The position numbers and the translations under genes are program-made. DNA of 64,000 nucleotides, taken from the NCBI GenBank assembly GCA_001464715.1, contig LNDT01000027.1, forward strand, positions 23,746 through 87,745. The letters run 5' to 3'. Source of the DNA: Bdellovibrionales bacterium Ga0074137 (GTDB lineage Bacteria > Bdellovibrionota > Bdellovibrionia > Bdellovibrionales > JAMPXM01). The notes beneath the pieces were generated by a model. The model saw only the letters and a list, made by a program, of their open reading frames with translations. It was not told where the DNA came from and ran no database searches. Positions 26,884 to 37,728 of the stretch are shown here, piece by piece. The number at the start of each line of letters is the position of its first letter. Within the stretch, counting starts at the first letter, position 1.

Positions 26884-27411
26884 ATGAATTTTGTAAAACT
26901 TTTTGGCTTTTCTCTCGCGGCGCCCGTCGTCGCTCTTTCGGTCGTTTTTTTGGTCGCTGTTTCGCCGGCGGTCGCGACAACTTTGAACGAGGAAGCGGCC
27001 AAGTCGACAGTGGTTGGATTTGCGAATCGCTGCGACCTCCATATTTTTGGCGGCACGCCGGTTCTCCGAGTCAATGTTTACGAGACTGCGGACGAGGCGC
27101 TGCAAAGTAAGACATCAGTGCGTACACCGAAAGGCAGCTTCGCAGTCGATGGCGCCGCTGGTTTTCAGATTGCTCAGCTGTTTGCCGAGAGCAAAGTCCG
27201 CGCGATCTGCGATGGTCTTTTGAAAAACGATGTTCCCAAGCTCATCGAAGCTAAATTGAACGCTCAAGACCTTGCCGAATCTGTCACGATCGACGGCCAG
27301 ACGATTGTATCCGACGCGTTTTATCTGAAGAGCGACGCTGACCGGGCGATGCTCTCGGCCGTCGTACGTGCCTACATCGACCAGACGAACAAACTTTTGA
27401 ACGCAAAATAA
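26884..27411 (+). CDS. hypothetical secreted protein (175 aa)
   Basis: Internal ATG with signal peptide MNFVKLFGFSLAAPVVALSVVFLVAVSPAVA. No family recognised. Confidence 0.55.
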   Translation: MNFVKLFGFSLAAPVVALSVVFLVAVSPAVATTLNEEAAKSTVVGFANRCDLHIFGGTPVLRVNVYETADEALQSKTSVRTPKGSFAVDGAAGFQIAQLFAESKVRAICDGLLKNDVPKLIEAKLNAQDLAESVTIDGQTIVSDAFYLKSDADRAMLSAVVRAYIDQTNKLLNAK

Positions 27412-27451
27412 GTAACAAATCGATTTTGGAATCTAACGATTGGAGTTCGCA

Positions 27452-28351
27452 GTGATCAGAATCCTTTTGGGCACTCTTCTTCTTTTTGCATGGGTACCTG
27501 CTTTTTTTTCAGGCGCGGAAGCTCAAGGCCGCAATTGCAGTATCGTCGGAACTTTTTTCGTCGATAAATCAGGCCCGGAAAACGAAGCAATGGTCGACAT
27601 GATGGCGTTCACTGCGACGAGCGCTTCAGTGAAGCTCGAAAAAGCGATCACCGACCAGATTGAAATCGACGGTTGTGCTGTGATTGTGGTCGAAGACTCC
27701 AAATTGGAGACAGCCGCTGCGATTGTTATCGAACCCGTCGCGAATTCAAAATCGAAGGTTTCATCAAACCTCGTCATCCTCGAAATTGATAAAAGCAAAC
27801 CAGGCTGTGAGAATGTTGCGGCGCTGGATGTAGAATCGCGAATTGATCTGTGCGCGGAGCACTCGACGACATATTTTATTAACGAAGCGTCCCTCGCGAT
27901 GGCTGCTGTTCGCGCAGCAAAAGAGTCCTTGGAGCAAACGTTTGCAACCAGCCGAACCTCGGTGCTTGATCAGGCGCTTAAGACATATGGACTCGAAGCG
28001 CCGGCTCTCAAAGTTGGAGAGAGCCTCATGTCGATGAAATACTCGACGGCCGCGTCGGGTCTCGTTTTGAGAGCGAATGGCTATATCCCAAAGCTCTTCA
28101 CAGCGGAACTTTGGGAGCGTCGTCTTCCGGTCGATGCGCGAGCGGAGAAAATCGTAGGATCATTGTTGTTCTTAAATGGCCTCGGAAAAGCGTTTGTTGA
28201 CCGCAACTTAGGTGGCCCGAAAGTTGTAGATCTGAAAGACTTCGTTCGGCCCTCGATAGGCACATTGATGGGTTACGATCTTCTGTCAGATTTGACGGAC
28301 GCCATGGAAAAAGAGGGTTATACGTACTCGCCAGGTTGGACGACTCGGTAG
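27452..28351 (+). CDS. hypothetical secreted protein (299 aa)
   Basis: GTG start with TGGAG 7 nt upstream. Signal peptide (M)IRILLGTLLLFAWVPAFFSGAEA. No family recognised. Confidence 0.55.
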   Translation: MIRILLGTLLLFAWVPAFFSGAEAQGRNCSIVGTFFVDKSGPENEAMVDMMAFTATSASVKLEKAITDQIEIDGCAVIVVEDSKLETAAAIVIEPVANSKSKVSSNLVILEIDKSKPGCENVAALDVESRIDLCAEHSTTYFINEASLAMAAVRAAKESLEQTFATSRTSVLDQALKTYGLEAPALKVGESLMSMKYSTAASGLVLRANGYIPKLFTAELWERRLPVDARAEKIVGSLLFLNGLGKAFVDRNLGGPKVVDLKDFVRPSIGTLMGYDLLSDLTDAMEKEGYTYSPGWTTR

Positions 28352-28415
28352 TAATCAGCCCCAGTGGGGTGAATGGCGTTTGAATTTGTAATGTTCCTAA
28401 CGTGAGGATCTCTGT

Positions 28416-28952
28416 TTGAAGCTGCATTGTAGGACCAATTTACGCTTATTGGTGACGGTTTTTGCGGTGCTATTTGTCGCGCACGCCAGTGGTGCGCAGA
28501 CAGGTGGTCCATCGATCGCACCCCGTTGTTCGGTGCTTTTTTCTTCTTCAGGGGTCACAGAATTTCCGATTCAGTGGACTCCAAGCTATCCAAAAAGAGC
28601 GACGCCAGTTCTTTCAGACATTCAGTTATTGGAAATCTTCAAAGGCGTCGAGATGTACTCTCGCGAGCACGGGCGGCGCGCTTTGTCTTATATGAAAACG
28701 CTGCCAAAACACCTCGATAGTGAAACCCGCGCGCATATCTGGATGGAGATGTCGGTTTTCATCGTTCTGTACAACCGGACAGCCTTCGTCTCCGACCTCT
28801 ACATGCTACCGGGAAATCGCTATTTGTTTCGAGGGGGCCTTGGCGAAACGCTTTTCATCGATGCCGACGGGACCACGTACCGCACGCGGACGGATCATCT
28901 CTATGATCAGAAAACGTGGGTGGCGGACTATTCAACGCTCACCCCAATTTAG
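28416..28952 (+). CDS. hypothetical secreted protein (178 aa)
   Basis: Signal peptide MKLHCRTNLRLLVTVFAVLFVAHASGA. No family recognised. Confidence 0.55.
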   Translation: MKLHCRTNLRLLVTVFAVLFVAHASGAQTGGPSIAPRCSVLFSSSGVTEFPIQWTPSYPKRATPVLSDIQLLEIFKGVEMYSREHGRRALSYMKTLPKHLDSETRAHIWMEMSVFIVLYNRTAFVSDLYMLPGNRYLFRGGLGETLFIDADGTTYRTRTDHLYDQKTWVADYSTLTPI

Positions 28953-28963
28953 ATACTGGCCGT

Positions 28964-29452
28964 TTACGGAACTTCGTTCCGTGCGCAGGTCCCGGCAGGA
29001 GTGACGACGCCATTTTCCACACTCGAAACACTAATCACTTTCGTCACTGGATTTTCCATAAAGTCGATCGACATCTGACCTCCAGCATCATCAGCTTTTA
29101 CCTTGAGCGAAAGGCAAAGACCTGGGCATCGAGCAATCTGAACGCCGGTCACTTCGATTTCGACAGCGAAAACACCGGCCATCGACCCTCCGCCCGGGAA
29201 TCCAGCCGCGAAACGGTATCCCGCTCCCTCTGGGAAATCGACGTCGAGGAAACTTTTGAATTTGATAGTTTGGCCGTCTTCCTGGGCTTCAACGTCGCAA
29301 ACATATTCAAAGTTTTCTGTGTGTAGAATTCCGAAAAGGCCTGGCGCAAGTTCGACACGGTCACTTTCAAGCGGAGTGGACGCTGGTGCTGTGGCAAATG
29401 CGGTTGCAGAAAGACAAAGCGCTACTAAAAGAACGGACGCTGACGATTTCAT
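28964..29452 (-). CDS. hypothetical secreted protein (162 aa)
   Basis: The ATG at 29450-29452 has a GGGGGG SD. Signal peptide MKSSASVLLVALCLSATAFA. The mature part looks beta-rich and carries four Cys. Confidence 0.6.
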   Translation of the reverse strand: MKSSASVLLVALCLSATAFATAPASTPLESDRVELAPGLFGILHTENFEYVCDVEAQEDGQTIKFKSFLDVDFPEGAGYRFAAGFPGGGSMAGVFAVEIEVTGVQIARCPGLCLSLKVKADDAGGQMSIDFMENPVTKVISVSSVENGVVTPAGTCARNEVP

Positions 29453-29711
29453 AATTAACCCCCCAAGTTCATTAAATGGATTTAATGCCGGCGTAGACTG
29501 CACCAGAAAGATCCTTGCGACTTGAGAAAACGGATTACTGTACATTCTCCCTAGAGCAACAGCTGGCAGTACGAGAACTACGTGAAACATTTAGAGGCTT
29601 TCTTGGTCTTCTCCCTAACGATTGAGTCCTGCCTGAACGAGACCTAGAGGGTGGTCTCCTTTGGTAGGCTGAATAAAACTAAATATTGAAAAGAATAAGA
29701 GGACATACTTT

Positions 29712-30038
29712 ATGAAAATCGTTTTGAACTTGATCGCCGTTTCTGTTCTCTCTCTGGGAAGCCTTGTAACCTCAAACGCTGAGGCGGGTGAACCGAAAGC
29801 GACTCTTTGCCGTATGTCTGCCGTTGAAGCCGCATCGGCTCTTTTCAATCTGAACGTGAAGCCGGTCTCTGCCGTCACACATGAGACAGATCTCATCGAC
29901 TTGAATCACGCCGAGGGTGGCACCGAAGTTTGGGACGTTAAGTTCAAGACTGCGGGCGTTGAATACTCGGCCTATCGAATGACCTTAGAGATCGATGCGT
30001 GCACGACGATCGCGTTCGAAATGCCATACGCGAACTAA
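29712..30038 (+). CDS. small secreted protein (108 aa)
   Basis: AAGAGGA SD. Signal peptide MKIVLNLIAVSVLSLGSLVTSNAEA. Two Cys. Confidence 0.6.
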   Translation: MKIVLNLIAVSVLSLGSLVTSNAEAGEPKATLCRMSAVEAASALFNLNVKPVSAVTHETDLIDLNHAEGGTEVWDVKFKTAGVEYSAYRMTLEIDACTTIAFEMPYAN

Positions 30039-30044
30039 AAAAAA

Positions 30045-30068
30045 AGACCTAGGATTTCTCCTAGGTCT
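30045..30068. terminator. bidirectional rho-independent terminator
   Basis: AGACCTAGGA-TTTC-TCCTAGGTCT has an A-run upstream and a T-run downstream. It sits between the convergent CDS 29712..30038 (+) and sucD (-). Confidence 0.8.
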
Positions 30069-30119
30069 CTTTTAAAATCGACACCGCAGCCTGCCCAGCG
30101 TGTGGCCGGTCGAACACGT

Positions 30120-30989
30120 CTAGCGGAGTGACGCTTTCAGTGTTGTACCAAGGTCTGCAGGCGACTTCGAAATCGAGCAGCCGGCCGACTTCAAAGCATC
30201 GAACTTCGCTTCCGCAGTTTCTTTTCCGCCCGTGATAATCGCACCGGCGTGGCCCATGCGTTTACCGACCGGTGCAGTAGAACCTGCGATGAACGCCGTG
30301 ACCGGCTTTTTGAATTCACGCTTGATGTAGTCCGCAGCATCGACTTCCGCCGTGCCGCCGATTTCACCAATCATGATCACTGCATCCGTGTCTTTATCAC
30401 GGTTGTACATCTCAAGAACGTCGATGAAGTTCGTGCCGTTCACAGGGTCTCCGCCGATACCGACACACGTCGATTGGCCGATTCCAAGCCGAGTCAGCTG
30501 ACCGACGGCTTCGTACGTCAATGTTCCCGAACGTGAAAGCACGCCAATACGTCCTGGCAAGTGAATGTGCCCAGGCATAATGCCGATCTTGCACTGACCC
30601 GGAGTAATAACGCCCGGGCAGTTTGGACCTACGAGGCGAGTCTTGCGGCCCTGCATGTAGCGACGGACCGCGACCATATCGAGAACCGGAATGCCTTCAG
30701 TGATGCAGACGACGAGATCAAGTTCTGCGTCGACGGCTTCCATAATGGCGTCGGCGGCAAACGGAGGAGGAACGTAGATCACCGAGGCTGTCGCACCTGT
30801 GCGCTCAACAGCTTCAGCGACGGTGTCGTAAACGGGAAGACCGATGTGTTTTGTTCCACCTTTTCCCGGTGTGACTCCGCCCACCATTTTCGTTCCGTAA
30901 GCGACGGCTTGTTCCGAGTGGAACGTACCTTGTGCGCCCGTGAAGCCCTGGCAAATAACTTTCGTATTTCGATCGATCATAATAGCCAT
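30120..30989 (-). CDS. sucD: succinyl-CoA synthetase alpha subunit
   Basis: [42 protein letters not shown]. The match runs the full length. Confidence 0.95.
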   Translation of the reverse strand: MAIMIDRNTKVICQGFTGAQGTFHSEQAVAYGTKMVGGVTPGKGGTKHIGLPVYDTVAEAVERTGATASVIYVPPPFAADAIMEAVDAELDLVVCITEGIPVLDMVAVRRYMQGRKTRLVGPNCPGVITPGQCKIGIMPGHIHLPGRIGVLSRSGTLTYEAVGQLTRLGIGQSTCVGIGGDPVNGTNFIDVLEMYNRDKDTDAVIMIGEIGGTAEVDAADYIKREFKKPVTAFIAGSTAPVGKRMGHAGAIITGGKETAEAKFDALKSAGCSISKSPADLGTTLKASLR

Positions 30990-30992
30990 GGC

Positions 30993-32189
30993 TTAGTGTC
31001 CCTTCGCCGCAGGCGCAGTGCCTTTTGATGGTCCAACGGCCGCTACGATTTTCTTTGCTCCGTCGGTGAGATCATCCGCAGGAATAATATTGAGGCCGCT
31101 CTCTTTGAGCATCTTTTTTCCAAGTTCCACGTTCGTTCCTTCGAGACGCACGACGAGGGGAACTTTAAGTCCCAATTCTTTCGAAGCTGCGATCACGCCT
31201 TCAGCAATGATGTCGCACTTCATAATGCCGCCAAAAATATTAACGAAGATCCCTTTCACGTTCGGATCTTTGAGAATCAGTTTGAAAGCGTTGGTGACTT
31301 TCTCTTTGTTCGCGCCACCGCCGACGTCGAGGAAGTTGGCTGGGGTTCCGCCGTGAAGACTGATGATGTCCATCGTCGACATCGCAAGACCTGCACCGTT
31401 CACCAAACAGCCGATATTGCCATCGAGCTTAATGAAGGCGAGATCAAACTTAGATGCTTCGACTTCGGCAGGATCTTCTTCGGTCAGATCGCGAAGTTCC
31501 ATAATGTCTGGGTGCTTGAACATCGCGTTCGAATCGAAATTCATTTTAGCATCGAGGCAAATCACTTCGCCTTCGGCCGTTTCAACCAGCGGGTTAATTT
31601 CCGCAATCGAACAATCTTTGTCGATGTAAGCCTTGTAGAGCGACATCAAGAATTTCGCAGTTTTGCCAGCGACTTTGTCTTTCATTCCGATCGCGAACGC
31701 CAACTGGCGCGCTTGAAACGGCTGAAGACCGACGCAGGGGTCGACTTGAACTTTGATCAGCTTTTCAGGAGTTTTCTCGGCCACTTCTTCGATGTTCACG
31801 CCGCCCTCAGCGGACGCCATCACGACAACTCGGCCCGTGACACGATCCAAGAGCACGGCTGCGTAGTACTCTTTTTTAATATTGCAGCCTTGCTCGATGT
31901 AAACTTTCTGAACTTCTTTGCCCTGAGGTCCCGTCTGATGCGTGACGAGAGTCATGCCGAGCATTTTAGAAGTGAAGTCGCGAACTTCATCCAAAGACTT
32001 CGCGACTTTAACACCGCCGCCTTTGCCGCGACCACCAGCATGGATTTGCGCTTTCACAACGTGGATCGTTCCGCCAAGTGATTTAGCCGCTTCGACAGCT
32101 TTGTCGGGCGATTCGACCATCACACCTTTAAGGGTCGCAACTCCGTATTTTCGAAGGATTTCCTTCGCCTGATACTCATGAATATTCAT
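30993..32189 (-). CDS. sucC: succinyl-CoA synthetase beta subunit
   Basis: [45 protein letters not shown]. It is adjacent to sucD. Confidence 0.95.
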   Translation of the reverse strand: MNIHEYQAKEILRKYGVATLKGVMVESPDKAVEAAKSLGGTIHVVKAQIHAGGRGKGGGVKVAKSLDEVRDFTSKMLGMTLVTHQTGPQGKEVQKVYIEQGCNIKKEYYAAVLLDRVTGRVVVMASAEGGVNIEEVAEKTPEKLIKVQVDPCVGLQPFQARQLAFAIGMKDKVAGKTAKFLMSLYKAYIDKDCSIAEINPLVETAEGEVICLDAKMNFDSNAMFKHPDIMELRDLTEEDPAEVEASKFDLAFIKLDGNIGCLVNGAGLAMSTMDIISLHGGTPANFLDVGGGANKEKVTNAFKLILKDPNVKGIFVNIFGGIMKCDIIAEGVIAASKELGLKVPLVVRLEGTNVELGKKMLKESGLNIIPADDLTDGAKKIVAAVGPSKGTAPAAKGH

Positions 32190-32215
32190 TGCTGATTTTC
32201 TTTCCGGCCTGCGGC

Positions 32216-33163
32216 CTAGAACTCCAACTTTTTGAGAGCTTCAACGAGTTCCGTGACCGCTTTGATCGAGTTGTCGAGACCCTTCTTTTCGTCTTCGTTC
32301 AGCTTCAGCTCGATGACTTGCTCAAGACCACTTCCGCCAAGTTTGCAAAGAACACCAACGAAGAGACCTTTCACGCCGTACTGACCTTCAAGATAAGCCG
32401 CGCAAGGAAGGATGCGCTTTTGATCTTTCAAAATTGCTTCCGCCATCTGGACCGCTGAAGCCGCCGGTGCGTAGAATGCCGATCCAGTCTTCAACAGACC
32501 AACGATTTCAGCGCCACCATTGCGTGTTCGTGTGACGATCGCATCGACTTTTTCTTTCGACATGATCTCGAGAAGTGGAACGCCGCCGACCGAGCAGTGA
32601 CGTGGCATTGGAACCATCGTGTCGCCGTGGCCTCCAAGAACGAAGGCATTGATGTCTTTTACCGACACTTTAAGTTCTTCAGCGATAAAGGTCTTCATGC
32701 GTGCGCCGTCAAGAACGCCGGCCATGCCGAGGACGCGATTCGCTGGGAATCCGAGAACGTCTTTCGCAACGAAAGCCATCGCGTCGAGTGGGTTTGAAAC
32801 GACGATAACAACCGACTGAGGTGCGTGTTGTTTTACGCCCAAGCAAACTTCTTTCATGATCTTAGCGTTGGTCGCCAAAAGATCGTCGCGGCTCATACCG
32901 GGTTTGCGTGGAAGACCTGCTGTGATGATGACAACGTCAGAACCTGCGATGTCCGCATAGTTATTAGTGCCCGTGATGCGCGAATCAAAAAGTTCGACTG
33001 GCGACGACTCGTACAGATCGAGGGCTTTGCCTTTAGCGGCGCCGTCGTTCACGTCGAGAAGAATAACATCGCCTAATTCTTTTGCTGCTGCCCAGTGAGC
33101 GCATGTTGATCCAACGAAACCTGCACCGATGACAGCAATCTTTTTACGTACGTGAGTAGCCAT
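32216..33163 (-). CDS. mdh: malate dehydrogenase (LDH-like family)
   Basis: The ATG at 33161-33163 has an [47 protein letters not shown]. Confidence 0.9.
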   Translation of the reverse strand: MATHVRKKIAVIGAGFVGSTCAHWAAAKELGDVILLDVNDGAAKGKALDLYESSPVELFDSRITGTNNYADIAGSDVVIITAGLPRKPGMSRDDLLATNAKIMKEVCLGVKQHAPQSVVIVVSNPLDAMAFVAKDVLGFPANRVLGMAGVLDGARMKTFIAEELKVSVKDINAFVLGGHGDTMVPMPRHCSVGGVPLLEIMSKEKVDAIVTRTRNGGAEIVGLLKTGSAFYAPAASAVQMAEAILKDQKRILPCAAYLEGQYGVKGLFVGVLCKLGGSGLEQVIELKLNEDEKKGLDNSIKAVTELVEALKKLEF

Positions 33164-33256
33164 AAAATCTCCTTGTGTCGCTACGCTGGGGCCCACCCCA
33201 GCTTCGCTGCTCGCCGCACGTTTGCGGCGAGATTAAATTAAAAACTTAAAAATAAA

Positions 33257-33275
33257 AGGCGGCCTAAAGCCGCCT
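33257..33275 (-). terminator. rho-independent terminator of icd
   Basis: AGGCGGC-CTAAA-GCCGCCT lies 7 nt past the icd stop and is followed on the minus strand by a T-rich run (TTTTATTTTTAAGTTTT). A second 9-bp hairpin (CTCGCCGCA-CGTT-TGCGGCGAG, 33210-33231) lies between it and mdh. Confidence 0.75.
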
Positions 33276-33281
33276 CAAAAA

Positions 33282-34529
33282 CTACATGCGCTTGACGATT
33301 TCTTGGCCGAACTCTGAACACTTGAGAAGTGTTGCACCCTGCATCTGTCGTTCGAAGTCGTAGGTCACACGTTTCGCGTTGATGGCGTCGGCAATTCCTT
33401 TTTCGATCAAGGCCGCCGCTTCTTTCCAGCCGATGTACTCAAGCATCATCGCGCCCGACAAAATCACCGAACCTGGATTCACTTTGTCTTGGCCCGTGTA
33501 CTTTGGGGCTGTTCCGTGAGTCGCTTCAAAGACCGCGAAACCGTCGCCGATGTTTCCACCCGGAGCAATACCAAGTCCACCGACCTGCGCCGCAAGAGCG
33601 TCGGACATGTAGTCGCCGTTTAAGTTTGGAAGAGCCAGAACCGAGTATTCTTCCGGACGCAGTAAAGCTTGTTGGAACATGCTATCCGCGATGCGATCTT
33701 TAACGACGATCTTACCCGCCGGCGCTTTTCCGCCATGGTTCTTGTAAACGTCGTCTTCTGTGATGATGTAGTCGCCGAATTCGGCTTTTGCGATCTCGTA
33801 GCCCCAATCCTTGAAGGCACCTTCCGTGAACTTCATGATGTTGCCCTTATGAACAAGGGTAACGCTGGGAAGTTTGTTCGCGATCGCGTACTCGATCGCC
33901 TTCTTGATGAGGCGCTTCGAACCAAACGCGGACATGGGCTTCACGCCAATCGCGCTTTTTTCACGAATCTTTTTACCGTGTTTTGCCGCCAGCGCGATGA
34001 ACTCGTTCGCTTCCGCGGATTCGGCCTGGAATTCGACACCGGCGTAAACGTCTTCGATATTTTCACGGAAGATCGTCATGTCTACTTTTCCGGGCTCTTT
34101 CACCGGTGCGGGAACTCCGGCGTACCACTTCACGGGGCGAACACATGAATAGAGGTCGAGTTCTTTGCGAAGGGCAACGTTCAGCGACCGAATTCCTTTT
34201 CCAACCGGAGTCTCAAGTGGGCCTTTGATCGAAACGACAAATTCTTTAATCGCCGTCAAAGTTTCTTCGGGGAAGAAGTTTCCGTCGTAAAGCTGAGTTG
34301 CTTTTTGGCCCGCATAAACTTCGCACCAATTGATTTTGCGTTTTCCACCGTACGCTTTTTGAACAGCCGCATCGAAAACTACGACCGAGGCTTTCCAAAT
34401 ATCTGGGCCGACGCCGTCGCCTTCGATGAATGTGATAATCGGTTGGTCGGGGCATTCAATTTTGCCACCCGAGCCGATTTTGATTTTCTGACCGGTGCTT
34501 GGGACCTTAACTTTGTCGTACGTCGCCAC
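33282..34529 (-). CDS. icd: NADP-dependent isocitrate dehydrogenase
   Basis: GTG at 34527-34529 with GAGG upstream gives 415 aa. The N-terminus (M)[30 protein letters not shown] parallels the enterobacterial Icd N-terminus, and LNGDYMSD is conserved. Confidence 0.9.
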   Translation of the reverse strand: MATYDKVKVPSTGQKIKIGSGGKIECPDQPIITFIEGDGVGPDIWKASVVVFDAAVQKAYGGKRKINWCEVYAGQKATQLYDGNFFPEETLTAIKEFVVSIKGPLETPVGKGIRSLNVALRKELDLYSCVRPVKWYAGVPAPVKEPGKVDMTIFRENIEDVYAGVEFQAESAEANEFIALAAKHGKKIREKSAIGVKPMSAFGSKRLIKKAIEYAIANKLPSVTLVHKGNIMKFTEGAFKDWGYEIAKAEFGDYIITEDDVYKNHGGKAPAGKIVVKDRIADSMFQQALLRPEEYSVLALPNLNGDYMSDALAAQVGGLGIAPGGNIGDGFAVFEATHGTAPKYTGQDKVNPGSVILSGAMMLEYIGWKEAAALIEKGIADAINAKRVTYDFERQMQGATLLKCSEFGQEIVKRM

Positions 34530-34653
34530 GAGAGACCTCACTTGCTGGCAATTTCGATTGGAGCGGAAAGACTTCAATTATAGTGTTCATATGAGAGTGT
34601 TCAATGTGAATAGATCAGCCCTAGCCTAGGGGCAAAAGGTTATTCGAAGAAAC

Positions 34654-35412
34654 ATGCAGCGACTAAGCGCGACTATTAACGAGCCCTTCATCCAACTCGC
34701 TGGCGTTTCGCTGTCGATCGACGGCGTTCGATATCTTAAAGACATTCACCTTGCAGTGGGTCGTGGTGAAATTCTCGCCATAATGGGTCCCAGCGGTGAG
34801 GGCAAATCGCTTTTGCTTAAAGTTATAGCGGGACTGATGGAGCCGACGGCGGGCGAAGTTATTATCGGTGGCAAAAAGCGAAGCGATGCGACGACAGAAG
34901 AACGTCGTGAACAGGGCCGGCGCACGGGAATGCTTTTTCAGCGCGGTGCTTTGTTCGATTCACTGACGGCCCTTGAGAATGTCAGCTTCCCGCAAGTTGA
35001 AACTTTGGGCCGGGGCCGCGCGCAGTCGGACGCCACGAGTCATTCGCTGCTTGAGGCCGTTGGATTGAGTGAAGCTGCGGCACGTTATCCCTCTGAAATA
35101 AGTGGGGGAATGCAAAAGCGACTCGCCATAGCGCGGGCGCTCTCTTTAGCGCCAGAGCTGATTCTTTACGATGATCCAACCGCAGGCCTAGACCCGATCA
35201 CGAGCCGCAAGATTATCCGTCTCATTAAGGAACTTCAACAGCGCGATCGATCGACGGTGGTCGTAGTCGCCAACGAGACGGCCCGTGCATTTCAAGTCGC
35301 TGATCGCCTTGCTTTTGTTTTTCGTGGTGAACTTGTCGTTACGGGGACGGCTGAAGAAACACGGAATCATTCGGATCCTCGCGTCGCCAAGTTTTTGAAG
35401 GGTCAAAGTTGA
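34654..35412 (+). CDS. MlaF-like ABC ATPase 1, with non-canonical Walker B acid and H-loop
   Basis: Walker A GPSGEGKS, Q-loop MLFQ, signature ISGGMQKR. Walker B is ILYDDP, with Asp at nt 35173-35175 where the catalytic Glu is expected. The H-loop position reads VVVANE, with no His. Confidence 0.85.
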   Translation: MQRLSATINEPFIQLAGVSLSIDGVRYLKDIHLAVGRGEILAIMGPSGEGKSLLLKVIAGLMEPTAGEVIIGGKKRSDATTEERREQGRRTGMLFQRGALFDSLTALENVSFPQVETLGRGRAQSDATSHSLLEAVGLSEAAARYPSEISGGMQKRLAIARALSLAPELILYDDPTAGLDPITSRKIIRLIKELQQRDRSTVVVVANETARAFQVADRLAFVFRGELVVTGTAEETRNHSDPRVAKFLKGQS

Positions 35413-36167
35413 TAGAATTTGAAGGCCTCGTTAAGAAATTTGGAGAACGCACGGTACTTAAAGGTATCGATCTTAAAATTTCTGCAGGTGAGATCGTTTT
35501 CATTCTGGGAACGTCCGGAACGGGAAAGTCCGTTTTGTTAAAAACTCTTGTCGGACTTTTGCGCGCTGATGCTGGGCGAATTCGAATTGGTGGCATCGAC
35601 GTCACCGACATTTCTGAAGAAGACTATCTGCCAATTCGCCGGCGCTGCGGAATGGTTTTTCAGCACCCAGCACTTTTTGATTCTCTCACGGTCCTAGAAA
35701 ACGTCGCGTACGGCCTCATGAAGCACGAGCGGTTGTCTCTGGATCAAGCGCGACCGCGGGCTCACGAATGTCTGGAAATGGTGGGGCTTGGCGGACAGGA
35801 TCTCGAGTCGCTTGAAACAAAGCTCCCGACCCAAATTTCCTACGGTATGCAAAAGCGCGTAAGTTTGGCGCGGACCGTGGCGGTTGGACCCGAAGTTCTT
35901 CTCTTTGACGAACCGACGACGGGGCTCGATCCCGTAACGACAAAACAAATCAATCGTCTCATTCAAGAACTTTCAAGAAAACTTAAGACCACTGCTATCG
36001 TTGTGAGCCACGACATGGACTGCGCGTTGGAAATAGCCGACCGGATTGTCGTTCTCGATCAGGGCCTCATCGTCGCGCAAGGAAGCGTTGCTGAAATTCT
36101 AAGATCCACGCATCCTCTGGTCGTCGATTTTCTTGTGGAAGCAAAAGCGCGCGAGGTGACGGCGTGA
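35409..36167 (+). CDS. MlaF-like ABC ATPase 2, with degenerate signature motif
   Basis: Walker A GTSGTGKS, Walker B LLFDEP (canonical Glu) and H-loop VVSHD (canonical). The signature is ISYGMQKR, with Tyr at nt 35841-35843 in place of the first Gly. Its start overlaps the upstream stop by 4 nt. Confidence 0.85.
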   Translation: MIEFEGLVKKFGERTVLKGIDLKISAGEIVFILGTSGTGKSVLLKTLVGLLRADAGRIRIGGIDVTDISEEDYLPIRRRCGMVFQHPALFDSLTVLENVAYGLMKHERLSLDQARPRAHECLEMVGLGGQDLESLETKLPTQISYGMQKRVSLARTVAVGPEVLLFDEPTTGLDPVTTKQINRLIQELSRKLKTTAIVVSHDMDCALEIADRIVVLDQGLIVAQGSVAEILRSTHPLVVDFLVEAKAREVTA

Positions 36168-36940
36168 TTGCGGATATCGGACGCTGCTTTTTATTCTGTC
36201 TCGAAGCGATGGATGTTTTGCGACGAAAGGGCGTCTCGCGGCGCGAGGTCTTTCATCAGATTTGGCGAGTGACGATACAAAGTCTTCCGACAACGGCGAT
36301 GGCCGGTTTTTTTGTTGGCGCGATTATGACCGTTCAGTTCACGATGCAGGTCGAAATGTACGGCGCGCTGGGATATCTTGGTGGACTTTCCACAAGTGCA
36401 ACAGTTCGCCAGGTGGGCCCGCTTCTTATCGCTTTCATGCTGAGCGGAAAAGTCGGCGCGTACACAGCCGCGGAACTTGGCACGATGCGGGTCACTGAGC
36501 AGATCGATGCGATTCGGTGTCTCGGAGCAAACCCGTTTCAAGAGCTTATTCTTCCGAGGATGATCGCAATTATCGTATCAAGCTTCGCTCTGTTGGCAGC
36601 CGGTCTTTTGATGTCGATTGCCGGCGGTGTGACCCTGGGAATCTTTTTCTCAGGGATCAATCCTGACGAATACCTTAGGCACATTCCAACGATTGTCGGT
36701 TGGCCGTCGATAGCGACGGGGCTTTTTAAGTGTATTGCGTTCGCCATCGTTCTTGCGGCGATATGCACGTACAAAGGTTACACCGCCACTGGCGGCGCCC
36801 GCGGTGTCGGTCGAGCCGTCGTTCAAACCGCGGTCGCGACGATGGTCTCGCTTGTTGTCGCGGATTGGTGCACCAGTTTGATTGCGGATGCGATTGTCGA
36901 AGTCAGTCTATCGGTTTTTAAGTCAGGGGCGGCTCTATGA
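36164..36940 (+). CDS. MlaE-family ABC permease 1
   Basis: 258 aa, polytopic. The motif AELGTMRVTEQIDAIRCLGANPFQELILPR is typical of MlaE/YrbE. 4-nt overlaps on both sides. Confidence 0.85.
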   Translation: MIADIGRCFLFCLEAMDVLRRKGVSRREVFHQIWRVTIQSLPTTAMAGFFVGAIMTVQFTMQVEMYGALGYLGGLSTSATVRQVGPLLIAFMLSGKVGAYTAAELGTMRVTEQIDAIRCLGANPFQELILPRMIAIIVSSFALLAAGLLMSIAGGVTLGIFFSGINPDEYLRHIPTIVGWPSIATGLFKCIAFAIVLAAICTYKGYTATGGARGVGRAVVQTAVATMVSLVVADWCTSLIADAIVEVSLSVFKSGAAL

Positions 36941-37713
36941 TGGGCGGACGCACTTTGAACCTAGCGACCGGTCTCCTTGTCAAAACGCTCGATTTTTCGA
37001 GCTTCGCGGCACAAAGTTGGTTCGCCGCCGTTCGACCGCCGTTTCGATTGAGAGATATCGTTCGACAGATTCATTTTATCGCCGTCGAAGGACTTTGGAT
37101 CATCGTTCTTTGTGTGTGTGCCGCTGCGATGGTGACGATTCTTGAAGCTTCGTTCCACATGAGATTGTTGATTCAAAACGATGCGATGGTCCCGGGCTTC
37201 GCGGCGATGTTGATTCTTCGAGAACTTGGCGCTGTCGTTATGGCCCTTTTGGTCACGTCTCGCGCCGGTGCGGGGATGGCTGCGGAAGTCGCTTCGATGA
37301 AAATTACAGAACAGATCGACGCTTTGCGAATGCTAGGCCTTGAGCCGATTCGATTTCTGGTGGCTCCGCGCTTGATCGCCGGCATTATCGCTGGGGCGAC
37401 GATGAGTCTTATCGCCAATTGCGTCTGCCTCATCGCCGCAATGGGCGTTTCAATTCTGAAACTCGGTTCGACAGCAGGTCTATTCATGTCGATGAGCCGG
37501 CCTTTTGTGACCGGTCAAGATTTGTGCTTTGCGATGATCAAGGGAGCGGCGTTTGGAGCCGTCATCCCGCTTTTTGCTTGTTACTGGGGTTTGAGGAGTC
37601 GCGCCGGCGCTGAGGGCGTCGGCCTTGCCACGACCAATGCGGTCGTCTCGACCTCGATTGCAATTATAATTATCGACTTTATTCTCTCATATTTGTTCAG
37701 CTACTTTTATTAG
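36937..37713 (+). CDS. MlaE-family ABC permease 2
   Basis: 258 aa, with the paralogous motif AEVASMKITEQIDALRMLGLEPIRFLVAPR. Confidence 0.85.
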   Translation: MMGGRTLNLATGLLVKTLDFSSFAAQSWFAAVRPPFRLRDIVRQIHFIAVEGLWIIVLCVCAAAMVTILEASFHMRLLIQNDAMVPGFAAMLILRELGAVVMALLVTSRAGAGMAAEVASMKITEQIDALRMLGLEPIRFLVAPRLIAGIIAGATMSLIANCVCLIAAMGVSILKLGSTAGLFMSMSRPFVTGQDLCFAMIKGAAFGAVIPLFACYWGLRSRAGAEGVGLATTNAVVSTSIAIIIIDFILSYLFSYFY

Positions 37714-37728
37714 GGTCAGGTGGGTGCA

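Noticed and set aside
31353-32081. 242-aa plus-strand ORF
   Set aside because: It is antisense to the strongly supported sucC and has no motifs.
33210-33231. Hairpin CTCGCCGCA-CGTT-TGCGGCGAG between icd and mdh as a second terminator or attenuator
   Set aside because: There is no U-tract on the minus strand after the stem. It may simply be part of the mdh leader, so it is noted only in the icd terminator entry.
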